Assembly (NCBI RefSeq): GCF_022045235.1
Contig: NW_027266308.1
Location: 58,900,001 to 58,964,000 of the forward strand
Source of the DNA: Haliotis cracherodii
Lineage: Eukaryota
Direction: 5' to 3'
DNA: 64,000 nt
Part shown: positions 50,701 to 63,070 of the stretch, piece after piece
Layout of the letters: each line of letters begins with the position of its first letter
How positions within the stretch are numbered: the first letter of the stretch is position 1
Position numbers and translations under genes: made by a program
Notes under the pieces: model-generated
The model's input: the letters and a program-made list of their open reading frames with translations, nothing else
Told to the model about the DNA's origin: nothing
The model's database searches: none

Positions 50701-53579
50701 ATGACTGATTACATGATGAAAACACGTACTGCGTTGATTGGGAGCCTCCTGGTGTGTATCCTGGTGGCAGTGGCGAGTCAAGGAGCTGAGGAGCCTTCGA
50801 ATCCAGGTATATCACGAGCTGTAAACGTGCAGCATTGTTTTATTTTCATGCAGAATAAATGACACCTTTATGGATAGAAACTTATTGTATTCTTTGTCAC
50901 GACGTTCCAGAGCTACGTCTTGCTCCTTCAGCAGGTGAATGCTTAGTAAGTGCATTAAATTAGTCATGATATGTTTATACAAGGTGAGATGAATGTAACA
51001 AAGATAACAATATAATGACAACGCCAATGACACAGGATTAATGTACAAAGAATGGTTTAACGTCGCTATTCACAATATTCCTACAATGTCACGGTGGGTG
51101 AACCAGATATAGCTTCGAACAATGTACCCATGTTGAGAATCGAACCCGGGCCTTCGGAGTGACGAGGGAATGTTTTATATGAGCGCTTGGCTACCCACCA
51201 GCCCCTGATTCAGAATGATGGAGTAAAAAGGCATCAGTGGTACACCATGAGCACCAAAGTATTCACGTGAACTCATTCAAACAATCAAAGTCCCTCGATC
51301 AACTGGAGAACAAAATAATAAGATGTCCAGTTGTTACGGTTTCTCATCTCATTGGCCTGTCAATGTCAATTTAAATGATCTTTCAGGATATCTCATAACC
51401 GTATTGCACTGGGAAGAGCACATTGTTTAATGCACCGTTCTCACACTGTTGGGTGAGTGCATAGGTTGCTTGGGACTCAAACTGGTCAGCTGTTGAGTCA
51501 AGCATTACACAAATAGAATATACTTGATTGTAATAGCAGCTGCGTTTGTTTTCGTAAGTCCTGTTTAATAGTCTATTAACGTTCCGTTTCAGGTCTCGCA
51601 ATGTCTGGGCATCCTTCTGCACGTCTGTGTAACCAAATGTGTCGACAGAAGCCAGTTGTGGACAAGTGCCAGTGTTCGTCCAAAGCAGCATTGCCTTCGA
51701 ATCCTTGCCAGGTACTAGAATTTTCATAACATATCTGGAAAAGCACTCGCTGTATTATGCCACAGTACATATTCATTTGTTTCTTTAATATATATAAGTT
51801 TTATTTTCTCTCAAAAAAGGAGATATTTGAAAATAGCAGATGATAACATAAATACAAAGAGGTATCAAATGATGACAATTGATCGATAAGCAAAAAGGAA
51901 GGACTAGGTGCTACACGGGTGTGTACTGTAGGAACGTTTGAGATGACTTGATCAAAATGGGTCATGCTTCCACGATTGGTCAAACATTCATTTGTAGGGC
52001 ATGGCATGGTCCAAATCAATCTTGAGTCTTGTTCACTCCTCTTACAACTCTTAGCCAAGTTCAACCAACGTAACGGGTAACTTTCAACTTCGGCGTACAC
52101 GTCTCCAGATCATGTCCTCGCCATGCTTTATGGGACAAAACACAGGATGCATGACTGGTCATTGCATTCTGGTGAAGGTTTGCTGCTGGAGGTGGCTCGG
52201 TGGACACGAGCGCCATCGTCTTATAAGACAAAAGGTGGACAAGCATGGCGCGCAGACAGCACAACTATTGGCGCCAGTATGTTGTCTCGGTAGAACTGTT
52301 CAGTAGCTCTTCCAGTGGGCGTTCTGGCAGCCATACTGATCCCGCCATCCATAGCGATACAGACCAACCCCAAATCTGCAATATTGACGTTTGCGTGACG
52401 TTCGTTATAACGCCTTCATACACGTACACGCCTATGATAATGTCGAGATCGAAAATTGTAATACTAATTGCTCGAAGCAATTTGAAGACCTTTTTCTGAA
52501 GTGTCAAAATCAAGAAAGACTCCCTACACTGAGGAATTGCATGGTTACGGTTAACTGGGGCGTTATCGTTTCCTTTCGAAACCGTTCTGGCCTCATTTGT
52601 CAAAGCTGATTTGAACACCGATCCTAACATATATATTTCATGACCCTCTATATTTTTGGAGTGTATCTAAACATGATATACGCATACATGTAACCTCATG
52701 CGTAAGTACAAAACGAATATGGTGTGGTATGGATAGATGTAAACTGTCGATTCTTTTCACAGAACAAAAAATGTCGATTTGGGACCCGATGCACCGCCTT
52801 TGGAAGCAGGCCCGTTTGTCTCCCAATGCCGAAAGGTACGATGCCGTTTAAACACAATGTCAAACTCTGAATCTTGATTCAACCAAGTTATTTATGCACT
52901 CACTCATTCATTTTGGGGACGTGTACTGGGGTTTGTGTTATCATTTCTGTGACCCAATAAAGATTCGAGGTAGAACAGGTCTTCAGCAACCAATGCTTGC
53001 CGTATAAGGCGACTAACGGGGTTGGGTGGTTAGGCTCGCTTGGTTGATGCATGTCATCGTATCCAAATTGGGTGGATCGATGCTCATGATGTCAATCACT
53101 GGATTGTCTGATCCAGACTCGATTATTTACAGACCACCGTGATATGGCTGGAATATTGCTGATTGCGGTGTTAAACAACCAACAAAACATAACTTCTGTA
53201 CCTTGTTCAAAATACAACTGTTGCATTTCTACTGTATTTGTCTCGATGTGTTTTCTTCATTTTCCAACTTCTTACATTGATTTACGTCCATTTACTCGTT
53301 ACGGGTTTCTTATGTTACCACATGGCTGCTTAATTCACGTTGGTTATCCATGTGGCTACTGTATATAACATGTGCTTGGGATAACATGAGGACGTCCGTG
53401 TTGCAGCGTGTTTGCTCCCCCAGATGAGAGGTCTGTGCACAGGTACAGTAATCCGCTACTACTTCAACCACCGATCCGGCAACTGCGAACCTTTTGTCTT
53501 CGGAGGCTGCAGCCCTAATGCCAATAACTTCATTAGCATACAGCTATGTCAAAAGATTTGTATGATGATACAAGGCTGA
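50701..53579 (+). CDS. Secreted FOLN + BPTI/Kunitz domain protein D (about 156 aa, 4 coding exons), P1 Thr
   Basis: Exons 50701 (or ATG 50713)-50806, 51593-51711, 52763-52835, 53407-53579; phases 1-0-1. MTDYMMKTRTALIGSLLVCILVAVASQG...RLCNQMCRQKPVVDKCQCSSKAALPSNPCQ|NKKCRFGTRCTAFGSRPVCLPMPK|ACLLPQMRGLCTGTVIRYYFNHRSGNCEPFVFGGCSPNANNFISIQLCQKICMMIQG*. Six-Cys Kunitz. Confidence 0.88.
52951..53185 (+). mobile_element. SINE-like family B
   Basis: GGTCTTCAGCAACCAATGCTTGCCGT..AGGCGACTAACGGG...GCTGGAATATTGCTGA. Confidence 0.85.
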
Positions 53580-53614
53580 AGATGAACCATAAAAGGCACC
53601 TACATTTTAGACAT

Positions 53615-53668
53615 TATCATCGGCATCATCATCGGCATCGTCATCATCATCATCATCATCATCATCAT
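53615..53668. repeat. (CAT)n microsatellite in the presumed 3'UTR of gene D
   Basis: CATCATCAT run about 35 nt after the stop codon. Confidence 0.9.
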
Positions 53669-53863
53669 ATGTTATTTGAACATTGGTGAAGCTCTGGCAA
53701 CATAACACTTTATTTAAGGTCATTCATACAATCACTCATCCTCGATTATCCAGGTATTTATATCAATTTCTATTCTATTGCGATAAATAACCTGGACTAA
53801 TTCGCAACAATATTTGAATCCGAAACGACGCTAAAATAGCAGCACAGTGAAACTAGCTTCTGT

Positions 53864-54085
53864 TGTTTTTTTTGTTCGTTGTAAAACGTCGCACTCGGCA
53901 ATATTCCAGCTATATGACGTGTCTGTAAATAATCCACTCAGGACCAGACAATCCAGTGATTGATATTATGAGCATCCAACTGGGATACGATGACATGCAC
54001 CAACTAAGACAGCGAGCCTGACCACCTCATCCCGTTGGTCTCCTCTTACGGCAAGCATAACCTCCTCTTACAGCAAGCATGGGTT
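53864..54085 (-). mobile_element. SINE-like family B
   Basis: Similar to 57619-57879. Confidence 0.8.
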
Positions 54086-55571
54086 GTGAAAGTGACGTCA
54101 CTTTCGAAAGAAAGCCAACATATTTATCATTTAAGAATTGGGATATAATACACTGTATAATCAAGGACGTTCATCACCGAACTCAACTGTTTTGATCGCG
54201 TTTAATCTAACAATGGGTAGTTATTTTAACTGCAGAGTACCAGAATACCATTTTGACACAGTGCAGTTGTGCCATCGTCTAGAACACGGCACCAAAACAA
54301 TAGACTTCGATACAGTACATCATAAAGGATTGCGAGCATGAAATGAGTGCCTAGAAAGCGAGTGTCTCTTGCTTTCATTAATAAAATGATAAGGTTCTCT
54401 GAAAATGTTTGAGTCAATTTTATGCCTGGATCATTGAGCTAGAAACAATGCCATGAAATTATAGTCAATTATACGACAAAGCATTCGCCCAACACTGCCG
54501 TGTCCCCATCGATAAGGAGGTTCTGTAATCGAAAACAATAGCTTTGAAGCATGCGTATGATAACCGTCCGAAGCTAAAACACCTTTAACGATGGTCCGGT
54601 GACACCGGTGATATACAGAGCTATATCCCTTTGACGTGCCAGAATCCTAGTATAGTAGGTTTGAATCCCGGTTCGCGCTGATTATGTTTCTAGTTTTGTC
54701 AGCACCATACTTCTTGTTGTTTTGACCAAGGTGGTAAACATCCAAAACATTCATCGTTACGGGCTCTTCTCCCACATCAAGCTGTCACGCTCTTAATAAC
54801 TGAAACACTGAAATCATTCGTTTAAAAGAGGATCTGTTTTCAGCTTTTTCTATCCCCGCGAATAGCTGCAAAATTGCTGATACGGATTAAGCAATAATCA
54901 CTCACTCCAGCTTGTATCCAGATGGTGTAATTAATGTCATGGCCGAACTCTAGATAGTAAGTAAGTGCACTAACTGCTAGATGAATCTACACTATACAGT
55001 TGACGTTAGTAGAAAAATATGATAGCGTTTTGACAACTTGAATCAAACTTGAATGGACTGTCAATCGGGCCCGGCAAAGACCCCCTTTAATTGAAACGTT
55101 CTTATTGAAACAAGCGCAGCATTTGACCAGGATCTGCTCGATACCTGATTATGAATTAAGAAGAATGTTAGAGGAGGGTACTATGTTAATATTGGGAAGT
55201 ATCCATTTATATCACAGGGTGTACATATTAGTTTGTAAATAACAGCGATAAACGTCGATTGTACGATTCCGACTATACCAAGAGCTGATATACCAGTAAC
55301 TGAAATACTGCATAAACACAACCCTCCCTTAAACGATTTTTCTCATCCATGGTTTCCTTACAATATAGACGGTTACCTTGACATGTCTTCAGGTATTAGT
55401 GTATATACGTATGTTTATTTATAAAGCAGCCATTTGGAAGCATAAAATTGTTTTGAAAAATGTATCTATGTTCTTATGAAACAACATATTTGTCATTTAA
55501 TAAAACAATAAAATTTATGTTTTAAAATACGCTTGAGAATTATTGTTGTTGTTTTTCATGCTTTGATCTAA

Positions 55572-55582
<11 letters not shown>

Positions 55583-55645
<63 letters not shown>
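55583..55645. repeat. (TA)n microsatellite
   Basis: About 31 TA units. Confidence 0.97.
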
Positions 55646-55648
<3 letters not shown>

Positions 55649-55881
55649 AGTATGATCCAATTGCAGAAGAGTGTGCTCAATACAAAGTGGAGCATAAATA
55701 CAGATTTGGATATACTTTCCTTATATCATTTTGCAACATTTGAAAGAGAATTACTAGAAATGGTTGAACTAACAAGCTAAAAAAAAGAAGCGAGCTCATT
55801 TCCACCTGTCGCCATGGTAAACCCCCAAGCCGAGCAAAAACGAAAGGGTCAAACTTAAAACCATGTTTCATTATGCCTGAT

Positions 55882-56014
55882 NNNNNNNNNNNNNNNNNNN
55901 NNNNNNNNNNNNNNNNNNNNNNNNNNNNNNNNNNNNNNNNNNNNNNNNNNNNNNNNNNNNNNNNNNNNNNNNNNNNNNNNNNNNNNNNNNNNNNNNNNNN
56001 NNNNNNNNNNNNNN
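55882..56014. other. Assembly gap (N run)
   Basis: About 133 N. Confidence 0.99.
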
Positions 56015-57618
56015 TTTTTTTTTCAATTCTTCGTTTTGGTACAAGTTGTAGTACCTCTATCAAGACAATGATCAACGACTGAGTGATTATATAGCTAACT
56101 TAAAGTATATCTTGTACAGAGATTAACAAAAATAAGTCATGATTGGAAGGAAGCTCAGCTGTTGGTTACCAGCATCTGTACCGAAACGTAGTATTGAAGA
56201 ATAAATAAAAGAAGGTGGATTCCATAAGCCTACTGTATCATTATGAATATGTCACACCCTCAGAAGGTTGATGGGTCAGCTGGAATACACTAGTGTCGAA
56301 AAGATCCATAAGTTTATAAAACACCTGTTGTTTGACTTTGAAAAGTATCAAATCACCTGCAACTGAAAAAAGACGATTTCTTGCTTTGTCTTTACGTTAG
56401 ATGTACATGTAGTGAACGGTAGTAGTGACATCAATATGTAGTTTTAACATGCCCCGAAAGCCATTGAAAGTCCACGAAACCCTTGTTTATCATCTGCCGG
56501 GTTCTTGCTGTGTGTGAAGCGGTATATGATCGAGTTCTCTCCCTTATACCATGCGTATTGCCACAAGAAATACAGAATTCATACAACTCTTAGCGACAGG
56601 CCTTGAATCCAATAAGAAAACATTCCATATGTGGATCAAACATGAGCCTCATCGTTTAAAATGCACACCCTGTATATCCATTAATGAAATCATAATATAT
56701 TAACAGATCAAAATTGGGACGGAGGCCTCCAAAGATGCCTTGACGCCATTGTTCTTTGTATTTTATCACCATTAAAAAGTGTTGCAGCCTTTACAATCTG
56801 GAGAAGAGTTATTGAGAGAGCAATATCAAACCACATGCCTCCGTACATTGACAACAAAGAGCAAGTCTTTGATCACATTTAATCACATTGTGCTTGTCCA
56901 TCACTGTCTATTCTTTCTCTTCCAATTCACGTCACAGGGCAAAAAGGTATTTTGTTAATTTCACTTTCCCCTTTTTTGCTGGTCACAGAAGCGGGAGACA
57001 AATCGTTTACTACTGTTACAGCGTAAGAGCAGGATGAGGATATTTCATTAACGGAATATTAATATCAATATCAGCCAATCGACCACCTCTGTCTTTCTCA
57101 TCAGTCAACTGTCACCAGCACATTTCCTTGAACATGGTTTTTACCAAATGCTATACTATGAGCTTCATGTCCACATCGTTAATGAAAATTTTGTGCATTA
57201 CAAAAAACATTTTTTTTCTAAATTATTAACGTCACAATTATCATTGTCACAGTCTTTTGTGTGAATGAGAGGAACGTTTTACTAAAAAATGAAAACTCAT
57301 TCGGGAAAGAATAATAACACATTTCCGTCTGATTCGGATTTCTTCAATGATGGCTTAATTAACGTCATGCTTGCAGGTACTTTAACATGAGTAGGGACAA
57401 AAATCATTAGAATTTTACACAGATGATGAGAGACAAACGTTTTTTAATTCTACCATGGGAATGAACCTCAAATTATTAACAAACCACAAATATTGTCGCG
57501 AGCACTTATAAAAACCCAATTAAATTGAGCGAATGAGAATTGTATTACGGCGTTTTGATAAGTATTTTAATACGGCGTGGTAGTGCTATGTAGGAGGAGA
57601 ATCCGAGGTGATCCAGGT

Positions 57619-57879
57619 TTGTTTGTTTGTTTAATGCCGCACTCAGCAATATTCCAACCATACGACGGCGGTCTGTAAATAATCGAGTCTGGACCAGACA
57701 ATCCAGTGGTTGACATCATGAGCATCGATCCACGCAATTGGGATACGATGACATGCATCAACCAAGTCAGCGGGCCTGACCACCCGATCCCGTTAGTCGC
57801 CTTTGACGACAAGCGTAGTCGCCTTTTACAGCAAGCCTGGGTTGCTGAAGACCTATTCTAACCCGGATCTTCACGGGTC
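57619..57879 (-). mobile_element. SINE-like family B, full length with 13-bp TSD
   Basis: AGGTGATCCAGGT at 57606-57618 and 57880-57892; 5' end GACCCGTGAAGATCC, (AAAC)n tail. Confidence 0.92.
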
Positions 57880-58004
57880 AGGTGATCCAGGTATTAGTAT
57901 ATAACGGATACATGTACGATGCTGACACACCATGGATCAAAGAGCGTATGAAATATAAGCTACAATGTTTCACCGTAACTCTGTGCAAAAGTGGCATAAT
58001 GTTA

Positions 58005-58320
58005 TGTGGTTAATAGACGTTTGCCCGGAGAGGGGAAGGTCGGGGGTTCGACCCCTGGTCGGCTCACACCAAAATACGGTTTTGTTACCCTGTCTGGCGC
58101 CTGGCGTTAATGGGATAAAACCTATACTGGTCGGCACGGAATATGAAAATGTGTCTGAGTGGGGTACCGACGTGAAACTGTGGTATTGTTTCTCAGTGGG
58201 CTAGCAATATAAAATCGCTGAAAGTCTGGACAATTGATAGCAGCCACACACGCGTTCATGTAAATCGTTATAGAAGTTAAATAATCTTTACGTGACACGA
58301 AATATTTCCACCACCCCCAA
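58005..58320 (+). mobile_element. SINE family A (degenerate)
   Basis: GCCCGGAGAGGGGAAGGTCGGGGGTTCGACCCC head and TGTTACCCTGTCTGGCGC core. Confidence 0.75.
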
Positions 58321-58762
58321 CGAGTTGTCAATACGTAAAGTCAAATGCACAGACCTCTGAACCATCATTGTCACATCATTATCACTTAACCAGAAAGATT
58401 CACCTGTGTTTATTTGATCATTGTGTTGATGTTAATAGTCTTGCCAATGACGATAACGTCACTTGCGACGTACGCTTGGCGTACAGAGCGGACATACATG
58501 TATGGCGTTGCTTAATGGGTGCTGCAATTGGAATGGTGTTCTCCTCACTGACGTCATCAAAGGAAGAGAAATTATGTAAAGCGTGTAATCAGATGTACGA
58601 CTTTTGTACGACTGTAGGCGTCTGTAAGCGCCCTGTCACTCAGGGGACAACTTGTGCATCTTACCTGCTGGAGAAAACACAAGCGAGTTTTGTGACTCAC
58701 CGTACAGACTGAAAATACTTAGTTATCGTTTTACTCTCACAAAGAGGAGCTTTTCCACAATT

Positions 58763-59306
58763 ATGAGTGAGTGAGTGAGTTTAACGCCGCTTTTACCAGT
58801 ACTTTAGTTATATTACGGCGTGTCAGCTTAATGTGGGAGGAAAGCCAGTAGTGATGCAGATCTTAGCCGTTTACCACTTCGGTGAAACCCACGAGCATGG
58901 GTATGGTGCTGACTACAAACATATTCGGGGTGAACCGGGATTCGAATCCACAATCATAGGTTTCTGGCATGCCCAAAGGACGCAACTCTGCACAGCGAAT
59001 CGCGGCGCCTTAGACGACTTAGCCATGTGTGTGTGTGTGTCTCTCTCTGTGTGTGTGTGTGTGCGTGTGCGTGTGCGTGTGCGTGTGTGTATTCTGCTTG
59101 TTGTAGTCCGCACTAATGGCGATCTTATAGTGCTAGACCACTGAGATAACATGCTGCAGTATAACTTGAATATCATACCCAGACACAGTACACTGACTCC
59201 ATGCCGACAAGTCCTTGTTTTAACCCCTCAATGTCGAACGCCAGGATCGAACCCTGGACCTTCCGCTCTCCGGGCGGATGTTCTACCACTAGGACACGGA
59301 GGCGGT
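58763..59306 (-). mobile_element. Adjacent SINEs: family D (58763-59024) and family A (59026-59306)
   Basis: Both in reverse orientation, joined through the (CA)-rich tail of the family A copy. Confidence 0.8.
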
Positions 59307-59353
59307 AAAAAATCTTTGAGATACAAAAGATGATCAAAATTAATATAAGGTTA

Positions 59354-59773
59354 AACGCTTTTTTCAGGGCATTTTCATTTGCAGAAGCCCGAGGTTTTCG
59401 ATTAACTGCTGGACGAAGGTGGGCAGTTGAAAAGACAGAGATCTCCTTCAAATGATAATGCCCTGAAAAAAAGCGTTACCGTTATTTTAGCTAAAATGGA
59501 TGAAATTTGTTATCAAATAAAAAGAAACACAAATCTCGGTTTTGAAACATTTACTGCTATCAACACGAATGTCACTGACACACTTTTACAAATATGGAAA
59601 CGTCATAGAACAAACCAAATGACGTCACTTTCCCTACCCTATGACGCCACCTAACAACGGGCGTGATAATGGCCCGTTGTCAAGCAATATGAGGGCATTA
59701 TCAAGTTACAGTGGCCCGCTCATTTCTGATAACGCGCGGGCGGTTTAATGATAATTCAATCCATTTTAGCTAT
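59354..59773. mobile_element. Double fold-back element (two consecutive inverted-repeat pairs)
   Basis: AACGCTTTTTTCAGGGCATTTTCATTTG / CAAATGATAATGCCCTGAAAAAAAGCGTT (59354-59477); TAGCTAAAATGGATGAAATT / AATTCAATCCATTTTAGCTA (about 59488-59772). Confidence 0.65.
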
Positions 59774-60874
59774 AATGAAAAATAATATATGAAAAAGTGA
59801 CAATGTGACAAGCATTCAGAAGGTTGGAAAGCGATACAATACATTTGCTTGGGCATTGACAATGACAACATCTGTGGCACAAGTATTAATTTAACCACTG
59901 ATGGTGATGGATTTGCACCTATTATGTAGAATTATGCCTCGAATTCGTCAGCTGAAACACCGTAATGCTTGATGCAGAACCCACGTCTGTGTTCAATCCC
60001 CAATGCTCTAAGCTACACACTCTCTGAATGGCAAATGAACGTTTGCTAGAAGGGTCTCACCCTGCTGCTTAGGGTGTAAAGAGGGAATTGATCTCCAAAT
60101 ACGCCAGTATTGAGCGCAAATGTGGAGACCAAATTGTCATCATGTGTGGCAGCTTATTGATGAATTGTTCCACGGCTAATAATTCCGATATCGCCTCCAA
60201 TCCCTACCTTGCCACTGAGAGCTGTTGGAATGCCACACAGAGATTTGATAAACGATTAGAGCCATGTAGAGCTTTCTGTCCCTTCAGCTTCAGCGCGACA
60301 CGTCGAGGTGTTCCAAGGGCAACATAAGCCTTTGGTGATACACACAGGTCGAACATCTTTTCTACAGTTAATTTTCGAGATTCTCATTAGATGAGGACTA
60401 ATCACAATCTCTGTACAGGATATCAATAAGAAAATAGACATTTTACGGAAAGATTGCGTCCATACTGTAAGGATCCATAACCTTTATACTTTTATTTTAT
60501 GTTGGTAGAGTTGTGCGTGTGAATTAAAGCTATATTATAAATATATATGATGACTGCAAGCAGCCCGATTCTGAGACTTCTAATGTAATGTAATGTTATG
60601 TAATGTCATGTAATGTAATGATAAATAGTTGCACAACAAACCTTTATTCTGTAACTCTATGTGTTAAGTTTGAAATGCTTAAAGTTGAATTGATTTACTT
60701 ATCTATTGAACCGGTGGAAGCAGCCGTGATATATCTGGGATATTGCTGACAACTTAGTTAAACAGGATTCACTCAAAAGTCACGACACTCCTCAGATCTT
60801 CACGAAGAGAGGTAACATTCGGAGTAAAAGATCTGTTTTCAACAAGATCGCTCCCGGGGCATAGTCCGGGGAAT

Positions 60875-63070
60875 GTCATACTGAATGTTGGATGGTGACT
60901 GGATGATCACACCGGATGTTGGTTGGTGACTTGATGATCGCACCGGATGTTGAATGGTGACTGGATGTCATACTGGATGTTGAATAGTGACTGGATGATC
61001 ACACTGGATGTTGGATGTGACTGGATGTCATACTGGGTGTGGATGGTGAATGGATGTCATACTGGATGTGGATGGTCACTTGATGTCACACTGGATGTTG
61101 GATGGTGACTGTGTGATCATACAGGATGTTGGATGGTGACTGGATGATCAGACTGGATATTGGATGGTGACTGGATGATCACACCGGATGTTGGATGGTG
61201 ACTGGATGATCACACTGACTGATTGTCATACTGGATTTGGGATGGTGAAGAAACCCACGAGCACGGGTATGGTGCTGACAAACCTAGAAACATAATCGGA
61301 GCGAACCGGGATTCGAACCCGCAATCATAGGTTTCTGGCGTGCCCAAGGGCGTGCCCAAGGGACGAATCGCGGCGCCTCAGACGACTGGGTCACCCGTGC
61401 CCCCTCATATTGGATGTTGTATGGTGATTGGATGTTACACTGGATACTGGGTGGTGACTGGATTTGTGATGGTAACTGGAAGTCATACTGGATGTGGATG
61501 GCGACTTGATGTCACACCGGATGTTGGATGGTGACTGTATGGTCACATTGCATGTTGGATGTTGACTTGATGTCAAACTGGATGTTGGATGTTGACTGGA
61601 TGTCATACTGGATGTTGGATAGTAACTGGATGTCATACTTGATTTGGGATGGTGACTGGATGATCACACAAGATGTTTGATGATGACTGAATGGTCATAC
61701 TGGATGTTTGATGACTAGACGCCATACTGGATGTTGGATGGTGAATTGATGTCATACTGGATGTTGGATGGTAACTGAATGTCATACTAGATGTTGGATG
61801 GTAACTGAATGTCATACTGGATGTTGGATGGTGACTGGATGTCACAATTGGTGTTAGATGGTGACTGGATGATCACACTGGATGTTGGATGGTGACTAAA
61901 TGTCATACTGGATTTAATGGCGACTGGATGTCATACTGGAGGTTGGAAGGCGACTGGATGTCATACTGGATTTAATGGTGACTGGATGATCACATGATGG
62001 TCAGTGAATTATAGTAGATGCTGGAACGTGACTGGACGGTCACAATGGAGGTTGGATGGTGACTGGATGTCATACTGGAGAATGGAAGGCGACTGGATGT
62101 GATGCTGGATATTGGATTGTTATCAGATGGCCATAATGGATGTTAGATGGTGACTGAATGGTCATACTAAATGTTGAACGAAGACTGGAACTCATACTGG
62201 ATGTTGGATGGTGACTGTATGTCATACTGGATGTTGGATGGTGACTGAAATGTCATACTGAATGTTGGATGGTGACTGGAGGTCATACTGGATGTTGGAT
62301 GGTGGCTGGATGATCACACTGAATGTTGGATGGTGACTGGATGATCAAACTAGATGTTGGATGATGACTGGATGTCATACTGGAGGTTGGATGGCGACTG
62401 GATGTCATACTGGATGTTGGCTGGTGACTGGAATATCATAATGGATGTTGGATGGTGACTGGATGTCATACTTGATGTTGGATGTTGACTGGATGTCATA
62501 CTGAATGTTGGATGGTGACTGGATGTCATACTGGATGTTGGGTGGTGACTGGATGTCATACTGGATGTGGATGGTGACTGGATGTCATACTGGATGTTGA
62601 GTGGTGACTGGATGATCACACCGGATGTTGGATGGTGACTAAATGTCACACTGGATGTTGGATGGTGAGTGAAGTATATACTAGATGTTGGATGGCGACT
62701 GGATGTCATACTGGATGTTAAATAGCTACTGGATGTCAAACTGGATGTGGATGGTGACTGGAATATCATACTGGATGTTGGATGGTGACTGAATGTCATA
62801 CTGGATGTTGGATGGTGAGTGTAACATACTAGATGTTGGATGGCGACTGGATGTCATACTGGATGTTGGATGGTGACTGGAATATCATACTGGATGTTGG
62901 ATGGTGACTGAATGTCACACTTGATGTTGGATGGTGAGTGTAACATACTAGATGTTGGATGGCGACTGGAAGTCACACTGGATGTTAAATAGCGACTGGA
63001 TGTCAAACTGGATGTGGATGGTGACTGGATGGTCCCACTGGATGTCATTATGGATGTTGGATGGTGACTG
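60875..63070. repeat. 30-bp minisatellite, interrupted by a SINE
   Basis: Consensus CTGGATGTTGGATGGTGACTGGATGTCATA with TGGATG sub-repeats. Confidence 0.96.
61248..61405 (-). mobile_element. SINE-like family D 5' part inside the 30-bp satellite
   Basis: GAAACCCACGAGCACGGGTATGGTGCTGACAAACCTAGAAAC...GGATTCGAACCC...GGCGCCTCAGACGAC. Confidence 0.85.

Noticed and set aside
51387-51452. Possible extra exon in Kunitz gene D (TTTCAG...GTGAGT)
   Set aside because: Stop codon in the required phase-1 frame; paralogues have no such exon.
51950-52400. GC-richer intronic block, possibly a decayed THAP/transposon ORF on the minus strand
   Set aside because: Only vague motif resemblance spread over several frames; needs tblastx.
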